Origin: Geomonas sp.
GTDB taxonomy: Bacteria > Desulfobacterota > Desulfuromonadia > Geobacterales > Geobacteraceae
Direction: 5' to 3'
Length of the DNA: 45,493 nt
NCBI RefSeq assembly: GCF_035254065.1
Contig: NZ_DATFBA010000167.1
Location: 1-45,493 of the forward strand
The position numbers and the translations under genes were made by a program. Below the pieces are notes generated by a model that had not been told where the DNA came from, searched no databases, and saw only the letters and a program-made list of their open reading frames with translations. Below, piece after piece: positions 28,086-37,465 of this stretch; within the stretch, counting starts at the first letter, position 1; each line of letters opens with the position of its first letter.

Positions 28086-28142
28086 GCGATCACCTCCTTG
28101 AGTTGCAACGGTTGGGTTGACTGCTCGTGTACCTTCGGCCGA

Positions 28143-29051
28143 TCACTTGAAGATCCTGCCGATCTGCAGCATGGCGGGGCCCAGGATCACCACCAGCAGG
28201 GCCGGGAAGATGAAGAGGATCAGCGGGAAGATCATCTTGATGGTTGTCTTGGCGGCGGCTTCTTCCGCCATCTGTCTCCTTTTGGTCCTCAGGCTGTCCG
28301 CGTGGGTCCTCAGCGCCTGGCTGAGGCTGGTGCCGAAGCGCTCGGTCTGCGCCATCATGCTGGTGAGCGACTTGACGTCCTCGACCATGGTCCTCTCCGC
28401 CATGTCCTTCAGGGCGTCGATGCGTGGCTTGCCCGCCCTGGTCTCCATGTTGGCAATGCGGATCTCCTGGGCCAGCGCGTTGCCGTTGAACTGCGGGGTC
28501 TCGGTCGACCTCATCAGGGCGGCGTCCACGCTGAGCCCCGCCTCCACGCAGACCGTGACCAGGTCGAGGATGTCCGGCAGGGTATGGAAGATCTGCACCT
28601 GGCGGCTTCTCTTCTTGCTGTACAGCCAGTAACTGGGGAGCAGATACCCCGCGATCAGGCAGATCACCGTCACCAGCAGCGACTGGCTCGTGAAGCAGAT
28701 CTGCCTGGGAACGGCGTAGATGAGCAGGTAGCAGGCGGGGATAAGGCAGGTCAAAAGGATCTTGCAGCCGAAGAAGGCGTACACCGACTCCTTGCGATAG
28801 CCGGCTGCCACCATCATCTTCATGTACTTGGAATGCTCCCGCTCCGGCAGCTTGAGCTTCTCACCGATACGGCTCAGCTTGTACGACCAGGTGCCGGACT
28901 CCACCGGCTTCTTCTGCTTGGCCGTCCGTTCGGTGGCGAGCCCCTGCAGGCGTTGCGTCAGCACGCTCCTTTTCAGCACGAAATGGTGCAGCGCCGTCAG
29001 GGAGAGCAGCAAAATGGATACGAATACCAGCGCCGTGATGAGGTAGATCAT
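28143..29051 (-). CDS. tadC: Tad inner-membrane platform protein TadC
   Basis: LPDILDLVTVCVEAGLS, QTERFGTSL, AEEAAAKTTIKMIFPL. Confidence 0.93.
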   Translation of the reverse strand: MIYLITALVFVSILLLSLTALHHFVLKRSVLTQRLQGLATERTAKQKKPVESGTWSYKLSRIGEKLKLPEREHSKYMKMMVAAGYRKESVYAFFGCKILLTCLIPACYLLIYAVPRQICFTSQSLLVTVICLIAGYLLPSYWLYSKKRSRQVQIFHTLPDILDLVTVCVEAGLSVDAALMRSTETPQFNGNALAQEIRIANMETRAGKPRIDALKDMAERTMVEDVKSLTSMMAQTERFGTSLSQALRTHADSLRTKRRQMAEEAAAKTTIKMIFPLILFIFPALLVVILGPAMLQIGRIFK

Positions 29052-29060
29052 GGCCGTGTC

Positions 29061-30023
29061 CTATATCTGGATCCTGATGATCTTGCGTATCACCATCAAG
29101 CCGAACAGCTGCAGGGAAACCGCCAGCACCACGATGTAGATCCCCTTGGGGTCCCGAAAGAGTTCCATCTCGTAGTCCGGGTGCAGGAAGAAGAAGAAGG
29201 CGAAGGTCACCAGCGGCAGCACGCCCAGCACGTAGCCGGACATGCGCCCTTGGGCGGTGTAGACCTGGACCTGCCGGCGGATCCTCAGCCTTTCCCTGAT
29301 GGTCAGGGATAGCTTGTCGAGCACCTCGGAGAGGTTGCCGCCGATCTCGGAGTTAATGGAGACCACGGTGGTGAAGAACCTGAGGTCGAGGCTGTCGATG
29401 CGGTCGTTCATGCTGGAGAGGCCGTCGGTCATCCTAAGCCCCAGTAACTGCTGGTCATAGGCGGTCTTGAACAGCTCGCCCACCGGGGCGGGGACCTCCT
29501 GCCCCACGAGCTGGATGGCGCTCGTGAAGGAGTGGCCGGCCCTTAGCGAGCGGGCGATCATGGAGAGGGCGTCCGGGAACAGCTCGGTGAACTTCTCGCG
29601 TCGCAGCTGGGCCTTGATCTTGAGGAAGAAGTCGGCGAGCAAAAGCGACAGCACGGCAGACGCGCTGCAAAAGGCGAGCGACTTGGTGATCAGCATCACC
29701 AGCGCCGAGCAGAGGATGGCCGCCGCCACCACCACGCTGACGAAGAGGGAGACGGATACCGCAAGGCCTGCCTGGTCCAGCTTGCGATCCAGGTTCTTGG
29801 TCGGCGCGAACCCGGCGAAGAACTGGTCGGCCGGCCTGGTCTCCCGGGTGATCTCCGCCCGAAGATCTTCCGGGATCGCGCTGCCGCTGCTTCTGGCCAT
29901 CCGCTGCAGGCGCCGTTTCAGTTCCGTCTTGGGAGAGTTCTGCCGTTCGGCGACCGCGACCGAGACGGCGACGCAGACGCAGAAGACGGCGAGGAATGTC
30001 AATGCCGCGACCGGAATGAGCAC
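29061..30023 (-). CDS. tadB: Tad inner-membrane platform protein TadB
   Basis: FPDALSMIARSLRAGHS, GGNLSEVL, TIRER, TAQGRMS. Confidence 0.93.
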   Translation of the reverse strand: MLIPVAALTFLAVFCVCVAVSVAVAERQNSPKTELKRRLQRMARSSGSAIPEDLRAEITRETRPADQFFAGFAPTKNLDRKLDQAGLAVSVSLFVSVVVAAAILCSALVMLITKSLAFCSASAVLSLLLADFFLKIKAQLRREKFTELFPDALSMIARSLRAGHSFTSAIQLVGQEVPAPVGELFKTAYDQQLLGLRMTDGLSSMNDRIDSLDLRFFTTVVSINSEIGGNLSEVLDKLSLTIRERLRIRRQVQVYTAQGRMSGYVLGVLPLVTFAFFFFLHPDYEMELFRDPKGIYIVVLAVSLQLFGLMVIRKIIRIQI

Positions 30024-30033
30024 GAGGCGCCTC

Positions 30034-31344
30034 CTAGTTGTCGAAGATGCCCGGGGGCAACTCGTACCCGTACACCTTGAAGCGCTGGGCGAAGAGCGGC
30101 CTGACCCCGGTGGCGCGGAACTCTCCCACCACCTTGCCGTCCTTGTCGATCCCCTTCTGCTCGAAGACCATCACGTCGTGCATGACGATGGTGTTCCCTT
30201 CCATGCCGGTGATCTCGGAGAGCTTGACGATCTTCCTGGTGCCGTCGGAGAAGCGCACCAGCTGCACCACCAGGTTGAGCGCCGAGGCGATCTGCTCCTT
30301 GATCGCCTTTTCCGGCAGGTCCAGCCCGGCCATCAGCACCATGGTCTCCAGGCGGGCCAGCGCGTCCCTGGTCGTGTTGGCGTGCACGGTGGAGAGCGAG
30401 CCGTCATGGCCGGTGTTCATCGCCTGCAGCAGGTCGAGCGCCTCGCCTCCGCGCACCTCGCCGATGATGATGCGGTCCGGGCGCATCCTGAGGGCGTTTT
30501 TCAGGAGGTCCCGCTGGGTCACCTCGCCGCGCCCCTCGATGTTGGTCGGCCTGGTCTCCAGCCTCACCACGTGCTCCTGCTTGAGATGAAGCTCCGCCGA
30601 GTCCTCGATGGTCACCACCCTCTCGGAGTGGGGGATGTAGGCGGAGAGGGCGTTCAAAAGGGTGGTCTTGCCGGTGCCGGTGCCGCCGGAGACCAGGATG
30701 TTCAGCCGGGTCTGCACCGCCCCCTCCAATAGTTCCGCCATCCGCTGGTCCAGCGCGCCATGCTTGATCAGGTCGTGCACGCCGAGCGGGTCGCGCCCGA
30801 AGCGGCGGATGGAGAGGACCGGCCCGTCCAGCGCCAAGGGGGGGATGATCACGTTGACGCGGGAGCCGTCCGGGAGCCTCGCGTCCACGTAGGGGGAGGA
30901 CTCGTCGATCCTCCTCCCCACCTTGGAGACGATCCGCTCGATGATCTGCATCAGGTGCGCGTTGTCGCGGAAGCAGACGGCGGTCTTGGAGAGCTTCCCT
31001 CCCTTTTCGATGTAGACCTTGGCGTGGTTGTTCACCAGGATGTCCGAGATCTGGTAGTCGGCCAGCAGCGGCTCCAGCGGGCCCAGTCCGAAGGTCTCGT
31101 GCTGGATCTCCACGATCAGCCGGTCCCGCTCCATCTGGTTGAGCGGGATGCCCTCACCGATGATGAGGTTTTCAATCACGGCGCTGATCTCCTTGAGGAC
31201 CTCGCTGTTCCCCATCAGGTCCATCTTGGAGAGGTCGATCCGGTCGATCAGCCGCCGGTGGATCCTGATCTTCATGTCCTGGAAGTAGTCGCGCTCGCTT
31301 GCCGACTGCACGCTCGGTATCTGGAAAGGATCGTTGCTCAGCAT
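30034..31344 (-). CDS. cpaF: Tad pilus motor ATPase TadA/CpaF
   Basis: [59 protein letters not shown]; ATG 31344 with RBS. Confidence 0.95.
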   Translation of the reverse strand: MLSNDPFQIPSVQSASERDYFQDMKIRIHRRLIDRIDLSKMDLMGNSEVLKEISAVIENLIIGEGIPLNQMERDRLIVEIQHETFGLGPLEPLLADYQISDILVNNHAKVYIEKGGKLSKTAVCFRDNAHLMQIIERIVSKVGRRIDESSPYVDARLPDGSRVNVIIPPLALDGPVLSIRRFGRDPLGVHDLIKHGALDQRMAELLEGAVQTRLNILVSGGTGTGKTTLLNALSAYIPHSERVVTIEDSAELHLKQEHVVRLETRPTNIEGRGEVTQRDLLKNALRMRPDRIIIGEVRGGEALDLLQAMNTGHDGSLSTVHANTTRDALARLETMVLMAGLDLPEKAIKEQIASALNLVVQLVRFSDGTRKIVKLSEITGMEGNTIVMHDVMVFEQKGIDKDGKVVGEFRATGVRPLFAQRFKVYGYELPPGIFDN

Positions 31345-31408
31345 CGCTTTCTCCCTCTCTGCTTTCTGCCTCCGGACGGCGTTGCTGTTGACCGGGCCTT
31401 GGCAAAAG

Positions 31409-31434
31409 CCGTTCACCCTGAGCCTGTCGAAGGG
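31409..31434. repeat. Single REP-like element in cpaE-cpaF spacer
   Basis: CCGTTCACCCTGAGCCTGTCGAAGGG, resembles a dispersed CCTGAGC..GTCGAAGG repeat type (recalled, single copy here). Confidence 0.45.
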
Positions 31435-31438
31435 CGTC

Positions 31439-32563
31439 TCACTGCTTCAAACGATCCGCCAGCGCCTGGATCGCCTTGCTGATGGGGGAGCGGGGGGTAA
31501 GTTTCACCACCGGGGTGCCCTTGTTGATGGAGTTCACCGCGTCCAGGTACTCGTTGGGTATCGACTGGTACACCGAGCGTGCCAGCACCTTCTCGGCATC
31601 CTTCAACTGGATGTCCGACTTGGGGTGGTAGCGGTTGATGATCAGCTTGACGGTATCCTTGCCGAACCCCTTTCTCTCCATGGCACAGAGGTAGCGCTTG
31701 GTGTTCTTGAGGGCGGGAAGGCTCAGGGTGGTGGTGAAGAGGATCTGGTCGGAGCTCTCGAAGATCGCCATGTTGCACCCCGCGAGCTGCCCCACGCAGT
31801 CCACGATCACGTAGCTGAAGATGCCGCGCAACAGCTCCAGCACCCTGCGCACCTGTTCCGGCCTGATGGAGACCGCCTCGTCTACCTCCAAAGGCTCGGT
31901 GAGCACGAAGGGGCCTGAGGGGTGGCGGGTCATTACGCTCATCAGGAAGTTGGCGTCCAGCCGTTCGGTGTTGCTGGTCACGCTGGACAGCGTGTAGGTG
32001 GGGTTCACGTTCAGGAAGGTGTTGACGTCGCCCGCCTCCAGGTTCAGGTCCACCAGGGCCACCTTGGTCCCTTCCTCCGCTAAAGCCGCCGCCAGGTTGA
32101 CCGCCACCGTGGTGGTCCCCATGCCGCCGATCGGGTTGTAGACCGAGATGATCTCGCCGGCCGGCATCTCCTCGACCGGGGTGGGGAGCAGCAAGCGCCC
32201 CACCTTCTGCAGCGACTGCTTGAGCTCTTCCTGTCCGATCGGCCTTAAAAGGTACTCAACGGCGCCTGCCCGCATGATCGAGAGAAACCACTCCACGTTC
32301 TTCTCGGAGGAGCAGGCGATCACCGAGACGCGGGGGTGCTTCAAGGTGATGAACTGGACGTCCTTGATCCCCTGTTCGATGTCGTCGATCCCCAGGATCA
32401 CCACATTGGGGGCGGCTTTTTGGATGACCAGGGCGCCGTCGCTGAAATTGTCCACCGACCCCGCCAGCGTGATACTGTCGGTGTAGGGTTTCAGGGTGGA
32501 GGTGATGGCATCCCTGGACTGCTTGTCCCTGTCGATGATGACTATGGAGAATTGCGAAGGCAT
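31439..32563 (-). CDS. cpaE: CpaE/TadZ: degenerate receiver domain + MinD-like ATPase
   Basis: MRAGAVEYL, deviant Walker [26 protein letters not shown]; ATG 32563 after GAGG. Confidence 0.9.
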   Translation of the reverse strand: MPSQFSIVIIDRDKQSRDAITSTLKPYTDSITLAGSVDNFSDGALVIQKAAPNVVILGIDDIEQGIKDVQFITLKHPRVSVIACSSEKNVEWFLSIMRAGAVEYLLRPIGQEELKQSLQKVGRLLLPTPVEEMPAGEIISVYNPIGGMGTTTVAVNLAAALAEEGTKVALVDLNLEAGDVNTFLNVNPTYTLSSVTSNTERLDANFLMSVMTRHPSGPFVLTEPLEVDEAVSIRPEQVRRVLELLRGIFSYVIVDCVGQLAGCNMAIFESSDQILFTTTLSLPALKNTKRYLCAMERKGFGKDTVKLIINRYHPKSDIQLKDAEKVLARSVYQSIPNEYLDAVNSINKGTPVVKLTPRSPISKAIQALADRLKQ

Positions 32564-32618
32564 GACCTCTAACCCCCTTGCCTGATATTCCTCCGCCGTC
32601 AACCGGCCCGCCGTTCGC

Positions 32619-34010
32619 TCACTTCCCCAGCGGCAGCCAGTCCAGTTCCTTCACCTTGTCCGGGTCCGGCGTGCGCTCGGTCGGTAGTTGCACGGTGCTC
32701 CCCGGGGGATTGGCTGCGACCAGCCTGGGGGTGATGACGAAGATCAGCTCCGTGCTCTTGATCTGGTCCGAGGTGGAGCGAAACAGCGCCCCCAGGATCG
32801 GGATGTCACCCATGAGCGGGATCTTGGACATGGTCTTGATCTTCTCTTCCTGGAGCAGCCCCGCCAGCACCAGGCTTTCGCCGTCACGCAGTTCCACGGA
32901 GGTCCGGACGTCGCGGGTGTCGATGATGGGGTAGCCGTTCACCGCCAGGGTGCCGGCAATGCTGCTCACCTCGGCGGGGTCGATCTTCAGGTTGATCAGG
33001 CCGTTGTCCTGCACCTCGGGCTTGAATCTCAGCTTCACCCCCACCGTCTTGTAGATGATGGAGGGGGTGGACGACCCGCCGCTGTTGGTCAGCACGCTGT
33101 AGGGTATCTCGCTTCCCGCCAGGAAGTCCCCCTCCAGTCCGCTCTTCACCAGCAGGTTCGGTTCGGCCAAGAGCTTGGCGAGCCCCTTGGTGGTGAGGGC
33201 CTGCAGCACGGCGGCGATGCCGGCCGGGAAGTAGGAGACCCCGGCCTGGAAGGTGTCGAGCGGGTTGAACCCTCCCAGACCGGAGGGGCCCGTGCCGTTG
33301 ATGCCGGGGGCACCGGTCACGCTGGAGCTGGTAGTCCCGGTAAGGGTGGAGAGGATACTGCTCTTGGTGGTGGTGGCGGAAAGGGGTGCACCTATCAGGT
33401 TGGAGAACCCCTCCGCGGTGTTTCCTTTCACAAAGAAGCTGATGCCCAGGTTCTTGAGGGCGGTCTTGTCGACTTGGGCGACCTTGACCTGGAGCAGCAC
33501 CTGCAGCGGCTGGTTGACGGTAATGTGGTTGACCACCTTGGCGGAATAGGCCTTGGCGATCTCCTCGGCCTTCTTGGCGGTCACCTCATTGGCGACCGTG
33601 CCGGTCAACAGCACGGTGTCCCTGGCGTACTGCACCCTGATGGCGTCGTTGGGCGAGAGTTCCCTCACCTGGGTCTCTATCAGGTCTTCGTCGCCGACCA
33701 CGTTCACGGTGTAGAAGGTCGGCTCCTTGGCGTTGTCCTCCCACACCAGCAGGTTAGTGGACCCTATCTTCTTGCCGTTGATCTGCAGATAGGTGGGCTC
33801 GTAGGACTTGGGGATCTCGATGATATCGGGGTCGCTGATGGTGACGTAACGGTAGCGGACGTTTTTGTCGCCGGGGCGGAGGATGACGCTCTTGCCGACC
33901 TTCACGGTCATGGTCATGGACGCCTCGGCAAGGGCGGTTGCCGCGTTCACCAACAGCAGCAGGGAGATCAGCACGGCCAGCAGGCACACGGTCGAATGAC
34001 GAAGATTCAT
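32619..34010 (-). CDS. cpaC: Tad secretin RcpA/CpaC with BON domain
   Basis: Signal peptide, GKKIGSTNLLVW, QVLLQVKVAQV, LAEPNL, FLAGSEIP, KIPLMGDIPILGALF, IFVITPR. Confidence 0.93.
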   Translation of the reverse strand: MNLRHSTVCLLAVLISLLLLVNAATALAEASMTMTVKVGKSVILRPGDKNVRYRYVTISDPDIIEIPKSYEPTYLQINGKKIGSTNLLVWEDNAKEPTFYTVNVVGDEDLIETQVRELSPNDAIRVQYARDTVLLTGTVANEVTAKKAEEIAKAYSAKVVNHITVNQPLQVLLQVKVAQVDKTALKNLGISFFVKGNTAEGFSNLIGAPLSATTTKSSILSTLTGTTSSSVTGAPGINGTGPSGLGGFNPLDTFQAGVSYFPAGIAAVLQALTTKGLAKLLAEPNLLVKSGLEGDFLAGSEIPYSVLTNSGGSSTPSIIYKTVGVKLRFKPEVQDNGLINLKIDPAEVSSIAGTLAVNGYPIIDTRDVRTSVELRDGESLVLAGLLQEEKIKTMSKIPLMGDIPILGALFRSTSDQIKSTELIFVITPRLVAANPPGSTVQLPTERTPDPDKVKELDWLPLGK

Positions 34011-34045
34011 TGGCTACCTCGGTCCAGGTAAAGGTCTGCTCGTTG

Positions 34046-34951
34046 TCAGTAGGGATATTGCCAGGTCACCTTTTCCGCCCCCTTGACGATCTCCAGGGTG
34101 TACAGGATCACCGGGGCGGCAGCCTTGACGATCACCCCACCCTTCACTACCCCCTTCACCCCCCCCTTCGCCGGCGCCGGCCTGGGCTGCGCTGCCTTGG
34201 CCTCCGGGGCCTTGGAGACCAGCGGCCGCTCGACCCCGGTCAGCACCTTGGAGATGGTTGCGCCCTGGGAGCCGACCTGGCCGCTATCGGCGATGTTCCT
34301 CAGCAGCATCTGCAGCGATCCCTTGCTGGCGGACAGCACGAGCTTTTCGGCATCGGTGGGGAGGAGGTCGAGGGTTACGGTGGGAACCACCACCGGTTTC
34401 CCCTCCTTCTGGTCGGTGATCTGCCCCGTCGCCAGGATGGGAACGTTCTCCAGGATGATCTTGCTGACACTCTCCTTCTCGTTGTCCGGCAGCTGCATGG
34501 TGACGATCACGTCGACCCGGTCGTTGGGGGTCAAAAAGCCCGCCACCCCGGCCACCTCGTTAACCGCCACCGTCACCGCCCGGTGCCCCTGCGGCACCAC
34601 GTAGGTCATGAACCCCGCTCCCGGCGTACCGGCCTTAGGTTTCAGCTTCTGGTCGGTCACCGCGTCACCCCTGGTGATGGGGCGGATGACCACGCGCCCG
34701 ACCAGCTGCTCAGGCGCATCGGCGCTGCCGGGAGGGATGCTGTCCTTGGGCCAGGAGGTGACCTTGAGCTGGCTGGCGGCGAGGGTGGTGCCGATCGGGA
34801 TGTCGGCGCGGGCGACCACCAGCTTTTGAGGCTGGACCGCCTTCACGCTGCTGACCTCCTGCTGCAGGTAGCTGTAGGTGAGCCAGGCCGCGGCTCCGGC
34901 GAAAAGGAAGGCGAAGATCGAGACCAGGATGACGGTGTTGGGGCGCTTCAT
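34046..34951 (-). CDS. cpaB: Flp pilus assembly protein CpaB/RcpC (SAF domain)
   Basis: N-terminal TM, VVARADIPIG, GHRAVTV, GVAGFLTPNDRVDV, ILENVPILA; GGAGG RBS before ATG 34951. Confidence 0.93.
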   Translation of the reverse strand: MKRPNTVILVSIFAFLFAGAAAWLTYSYLQQEVSSVKAVQPQKLVVARADIPIGTTLAASQLKVTSWPKDSIPPGSADAPEQLVGRVVIRPITRGDAVTDQKLKPKAGTPGAGFMTYVVPQGHRAVTVAVNEVAGVAGFLTPNDRVDVIVTMQLPDNEKESVSKIILENVPILATGQITDQKEGKPVVVPTVTLDLLPTDAEKLVLSASKGSLQMLLRNIADSGQVGSQGATISKVLTGVERPLVSKAPEAKAAQPRPAPAKGGVKGVVKGGVIVKAAAPVILYTLEIVKGAEKVTWQYPY

Positions 34952-35032
34952 GTCGGGACCTCCCATCGGCTGACGTCGCTTCGCGTGCCTCGCGCCTGGC
35001 GTTGTTTGGGGGGACGGGTGCATCAGAATTGA

Positions 35033-35183
35033 GGCGGCAAGGCCGAAGCACCTGCTATCTTCAACCCGATGGCATTGCCGGCCATCGGCAAAGTTTTCAA
35101 GAGGAGGTGAAGAGTTCCGTCAGATTGCCGCCACGGGCGGCTTCGGTGCCCTGCCAAGAAGAGGGTCACTTCCCGGCAGGGCA
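35033..35183 (-). other. Structured spacer between flp and cpaB with several hairpins
   Basis: Stems 35147-35155/35175-35183, 35127-35132/35136-35141, 35066-35073/35081-35088. Confidence 0.55.
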
Positions 35184-35209
35184 TGCCTTGCTGGCAGTCG
35201 CAGTTGTTG

Positions 35210-35395
35210 CTACTTCATGGTGTTGCTTATGGTGGTGAATGTGCTGTTCGCCGAGCTGCCGATCCCCTTGACCGCTGCAATGACCACTATCGCGATCAAC
35301 ACCAGAATCAACGCGTACTCCACCAGCCCCTGTCCGCTCTCATCCCTCAAGAACTCCTGCGCCTTTTCAGACATCTTCCTTAGCTGAGTTAGCAT
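35210..35395 (-). CDS. flp: Flp type IVc major pilin 2
   Basis: RDESG|QGLVEYALIL Flp motif, hydrophobic helix, AAGGAG RBS. Confidence 0.95.
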   Translation of the reverse strand: MLTQLRKMSEKAQEFLRDESGQGLVEYALILVLIAIVVIAAVKGIGSSANSTFTTISNTMK

Positions 35396-35510
35396 AGTCG
35401 TTTCTCCTTATTGTGGGGATTATCGAAGGATTGAAAGCTGTCCTTCGTGATTAACCTGCGCATCCACCTCGGCTAAACCACTGCTGCAGCCTCTCTCATT
35501 GGGTATTCCG

Positions 35511-35693
35511 TCAGGGGTTCATGGCGTTACTTATCCCGGTGAAGGTGCTGTTCGCTGAGCTGCCGACCCCCTTGATCGCGGTAATTACCACTATGGCGAC
35601 CAGCACCAGTATCAACGCGTACTCAACCAGCCCTTGTCCGCGGTCATCCCGGAGTGCCTGGAGGACACCCGCTGAATCTTTTGTCTTAGTCAT
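35511..35693 (-). CDS. flp: Flp type IVc major pilin 1
   Basis: RDDRG|QGLVEYALIL Flp motif; ATG 35693 after AAGGGG. Confidence 0.92.
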   Translation of the reverse strand: MTKTKDSAGVLQALRDDRGQGLVEYALILVLVAIVVITAIKGVGSSANSTFTGISNAMNP

Positions 35694-36118
35694 CTTCGCG
35701 CCCCTTGTCATAGCTTTGGATTTAACGGCCAACCGTCCCGGTGGAGAGAGAGAGCTCTCAGCCACCCCTTGCATTAGAGGGGAGTCACCTTGTCAGTCAT
35801 TTCTTCAGGCTGTCATAGAGCCGTCGAGGCCATTGCCCTTCCGGTATCGCGGTCGAGGCCTCTACTCATTGGGTTCGGCAATAAGATTAAAAATCCAAAA
35901 TTAATAAAAACAAATACTACGGCGGCGCTGCAAATGTGCAAGCAAAAATTTTTTGGTGTCAGCAGGTTTGAAAGAGGGAAGTATTAGTATAATCTTATAC
36001 TGTTTTGCTTCCGCTGGGCGTGTCTTGCGCTGCTAATCGTTTGGTATTGCTGGGTTATTTGCTGCAGGGGGGCGTTCCGCATGTTGTGGCGGGTGCCTCG
36101 CTCAAGGGAGGAGTGGCA

Positions 36119-37369
36119 ATGCGCACCTTTTCAGCGCCGGCGGCGCCGAGGAGCCTGGACGAGGCGGGACTGGAACGGGCCTTCGTTGAAGACCTGCTGC
36201 TCAAGCATCTCTTCTTCCTGGGCGAGTTCAAGATGAGTGACGTCTCGGAACGGGTGAAGCTCCCGGTCTCTTTGGTGGAGATCATGCTGGAGGACCTGCA
36301 CAAGGAGAAGCTTCTGGAAATCAGGGGGGCGGCCAGCTACACCAAGACATCCTACGTGTTCAGGCTGACCGAAGCGGGGCGCAGGAAGGGGCAGGAGATC
36401 CTCGAGCTCTGCCGCTACGCAGGGCCTGCTCCGGTCTCCATGAAGGCGTACCGACAGAGGGTGCAGGCCCAGACGGTGAAGGGAGCCATCGACGACGAGC
36501 AGATCGTGAAAGCTGCCCTTTCCCATCTGGTGCTCAGGGAGGCGGTGGTGAGGCGGCTGGGGCCGGCGATGGTCTCGGGGCAGGCGGTCTTCATGTACGG
36601 CCCCTCCGGCAACGGGAAGACCTCCATCGCCGAGGCGATCGGGCGCGCCCTGCCGGAGCACGTCTACATCCCGTACGGCGTCGCCGTGGGGGGGCAGGTG
36701 ATCAGCGTCTACGATCCCGCCTGTCACGAGGCGGTCGAAGCCCCACCGGAGGATGGCGAGCGGGACACGCGCTGGGTGCTGATCAAGCGACCGGTGATCA
36801 ACGCCGGCGGGGAGCTGACCCTCAAGATGCTGGACCTGAACTTCGACGCCGTCTCCAAGTACTACGAGGCGCCGCTGCAGATGAAGGCCAACAACGGCGT
36901 CTTCATCCTGGACGACTTCGGCAGGCAGCAGGTCGAGCCGCTCAACATCCTCAACCGTTGGCTGGTGCCGCTTGAGCGCCAGGTCGATCACATGACGCTG
37001 CAGACCGGGATGAAGGTGGTGATCCCCTTCGACGTGCTGGTCATCATCTCCACCGACCTGGAACCCAAGGACCTGGTGCACGAGGCCTACCTGAGGAGGC
37101 TGCGCTACAAGATCAAGGTGGACCGGCCCAACGAGGAGGAGTACCTGACCATCTTCAAGGCCGCCTGCCAGGAGAACGGCATCGCCTTCTGCGAGGAGGT
37201 CTACAACTACTTGAACGAGCAGTGGTACGGCGCCTACGGCGTGGCGAGGAGCGCCTGCCACCCCAGGGACCTGATCAACCTGATCGTCAACGACTCCTCC
37301 TTCTACGACAAGCCTCCCCAGTTGACCGTTGAGAGCGTGAGCGAGGCGTGCGCGGATTATTTCGCGTGA
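36119..37369 (+). CDS. Uncharacterised AAA+ ATPase with probable N-terminal winged helix
   Basis: GGAGGAG RBS, ATG 36119; Walker A GPSGNGKT, Walker B VFILDD, AYLRRL; FRLTEAGR wing-like motif. Confidence 0.85.
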   Translation: MRTFSAPAAPRSLDEAGLERAFVEDLLLKHLFFLGEFKMSDVSERVKLPVSLVEIMLEDLHKEKLLEIRGAASYTKTSYVFRLTEAGRRKGQEILELCRYAGPAPVSMKAYRQRVQAQTVKGAIDDEQIVKAALSHLVLREAVVRRLGPAMVSGQAVFMYGPSGNGKTSIAEAIGRALPEHVYIPYGVAVGGQVISVYDPACHEAVEAPPEDGERDTRWVLIKRPVINAGGELTLKMLDLNFDAVSKYYEAPLQMKANNGVFILDDFGRQQVEPLNILNRWLVPLERQVDHMTLQTGMKVVIPFDVLVIISTDLEPKDLVHEAYLRRLRYKIKVDRPNEEEYLTIFKAACQENGIAFCEEVYNYLNEQWYGAYGVARSACHPRDLINLIVNDSSFYDKPPQLTVESVSEACADYFA

Positions 37370-37465
37370 TCCGGCTAAGGAGTGGCTGCCGAGGTGCCAC
37401 TCCGTTTTGCCGGTGATGGTAACGTGGACTGGTCGTCGCTGACCGCACAAGTAAAGGTTCGAGCC

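Noticed and set aside
35694-36118. Possible cyclic-dinucleotide (GEMM-I) riboswitch or sigma54 promoter upstream of flp
   Set aside because: Could not find the GEMM core pattern or a correctly spaced GG-N10-GC motif by eye; an Rfam/Infernal scan would settle it
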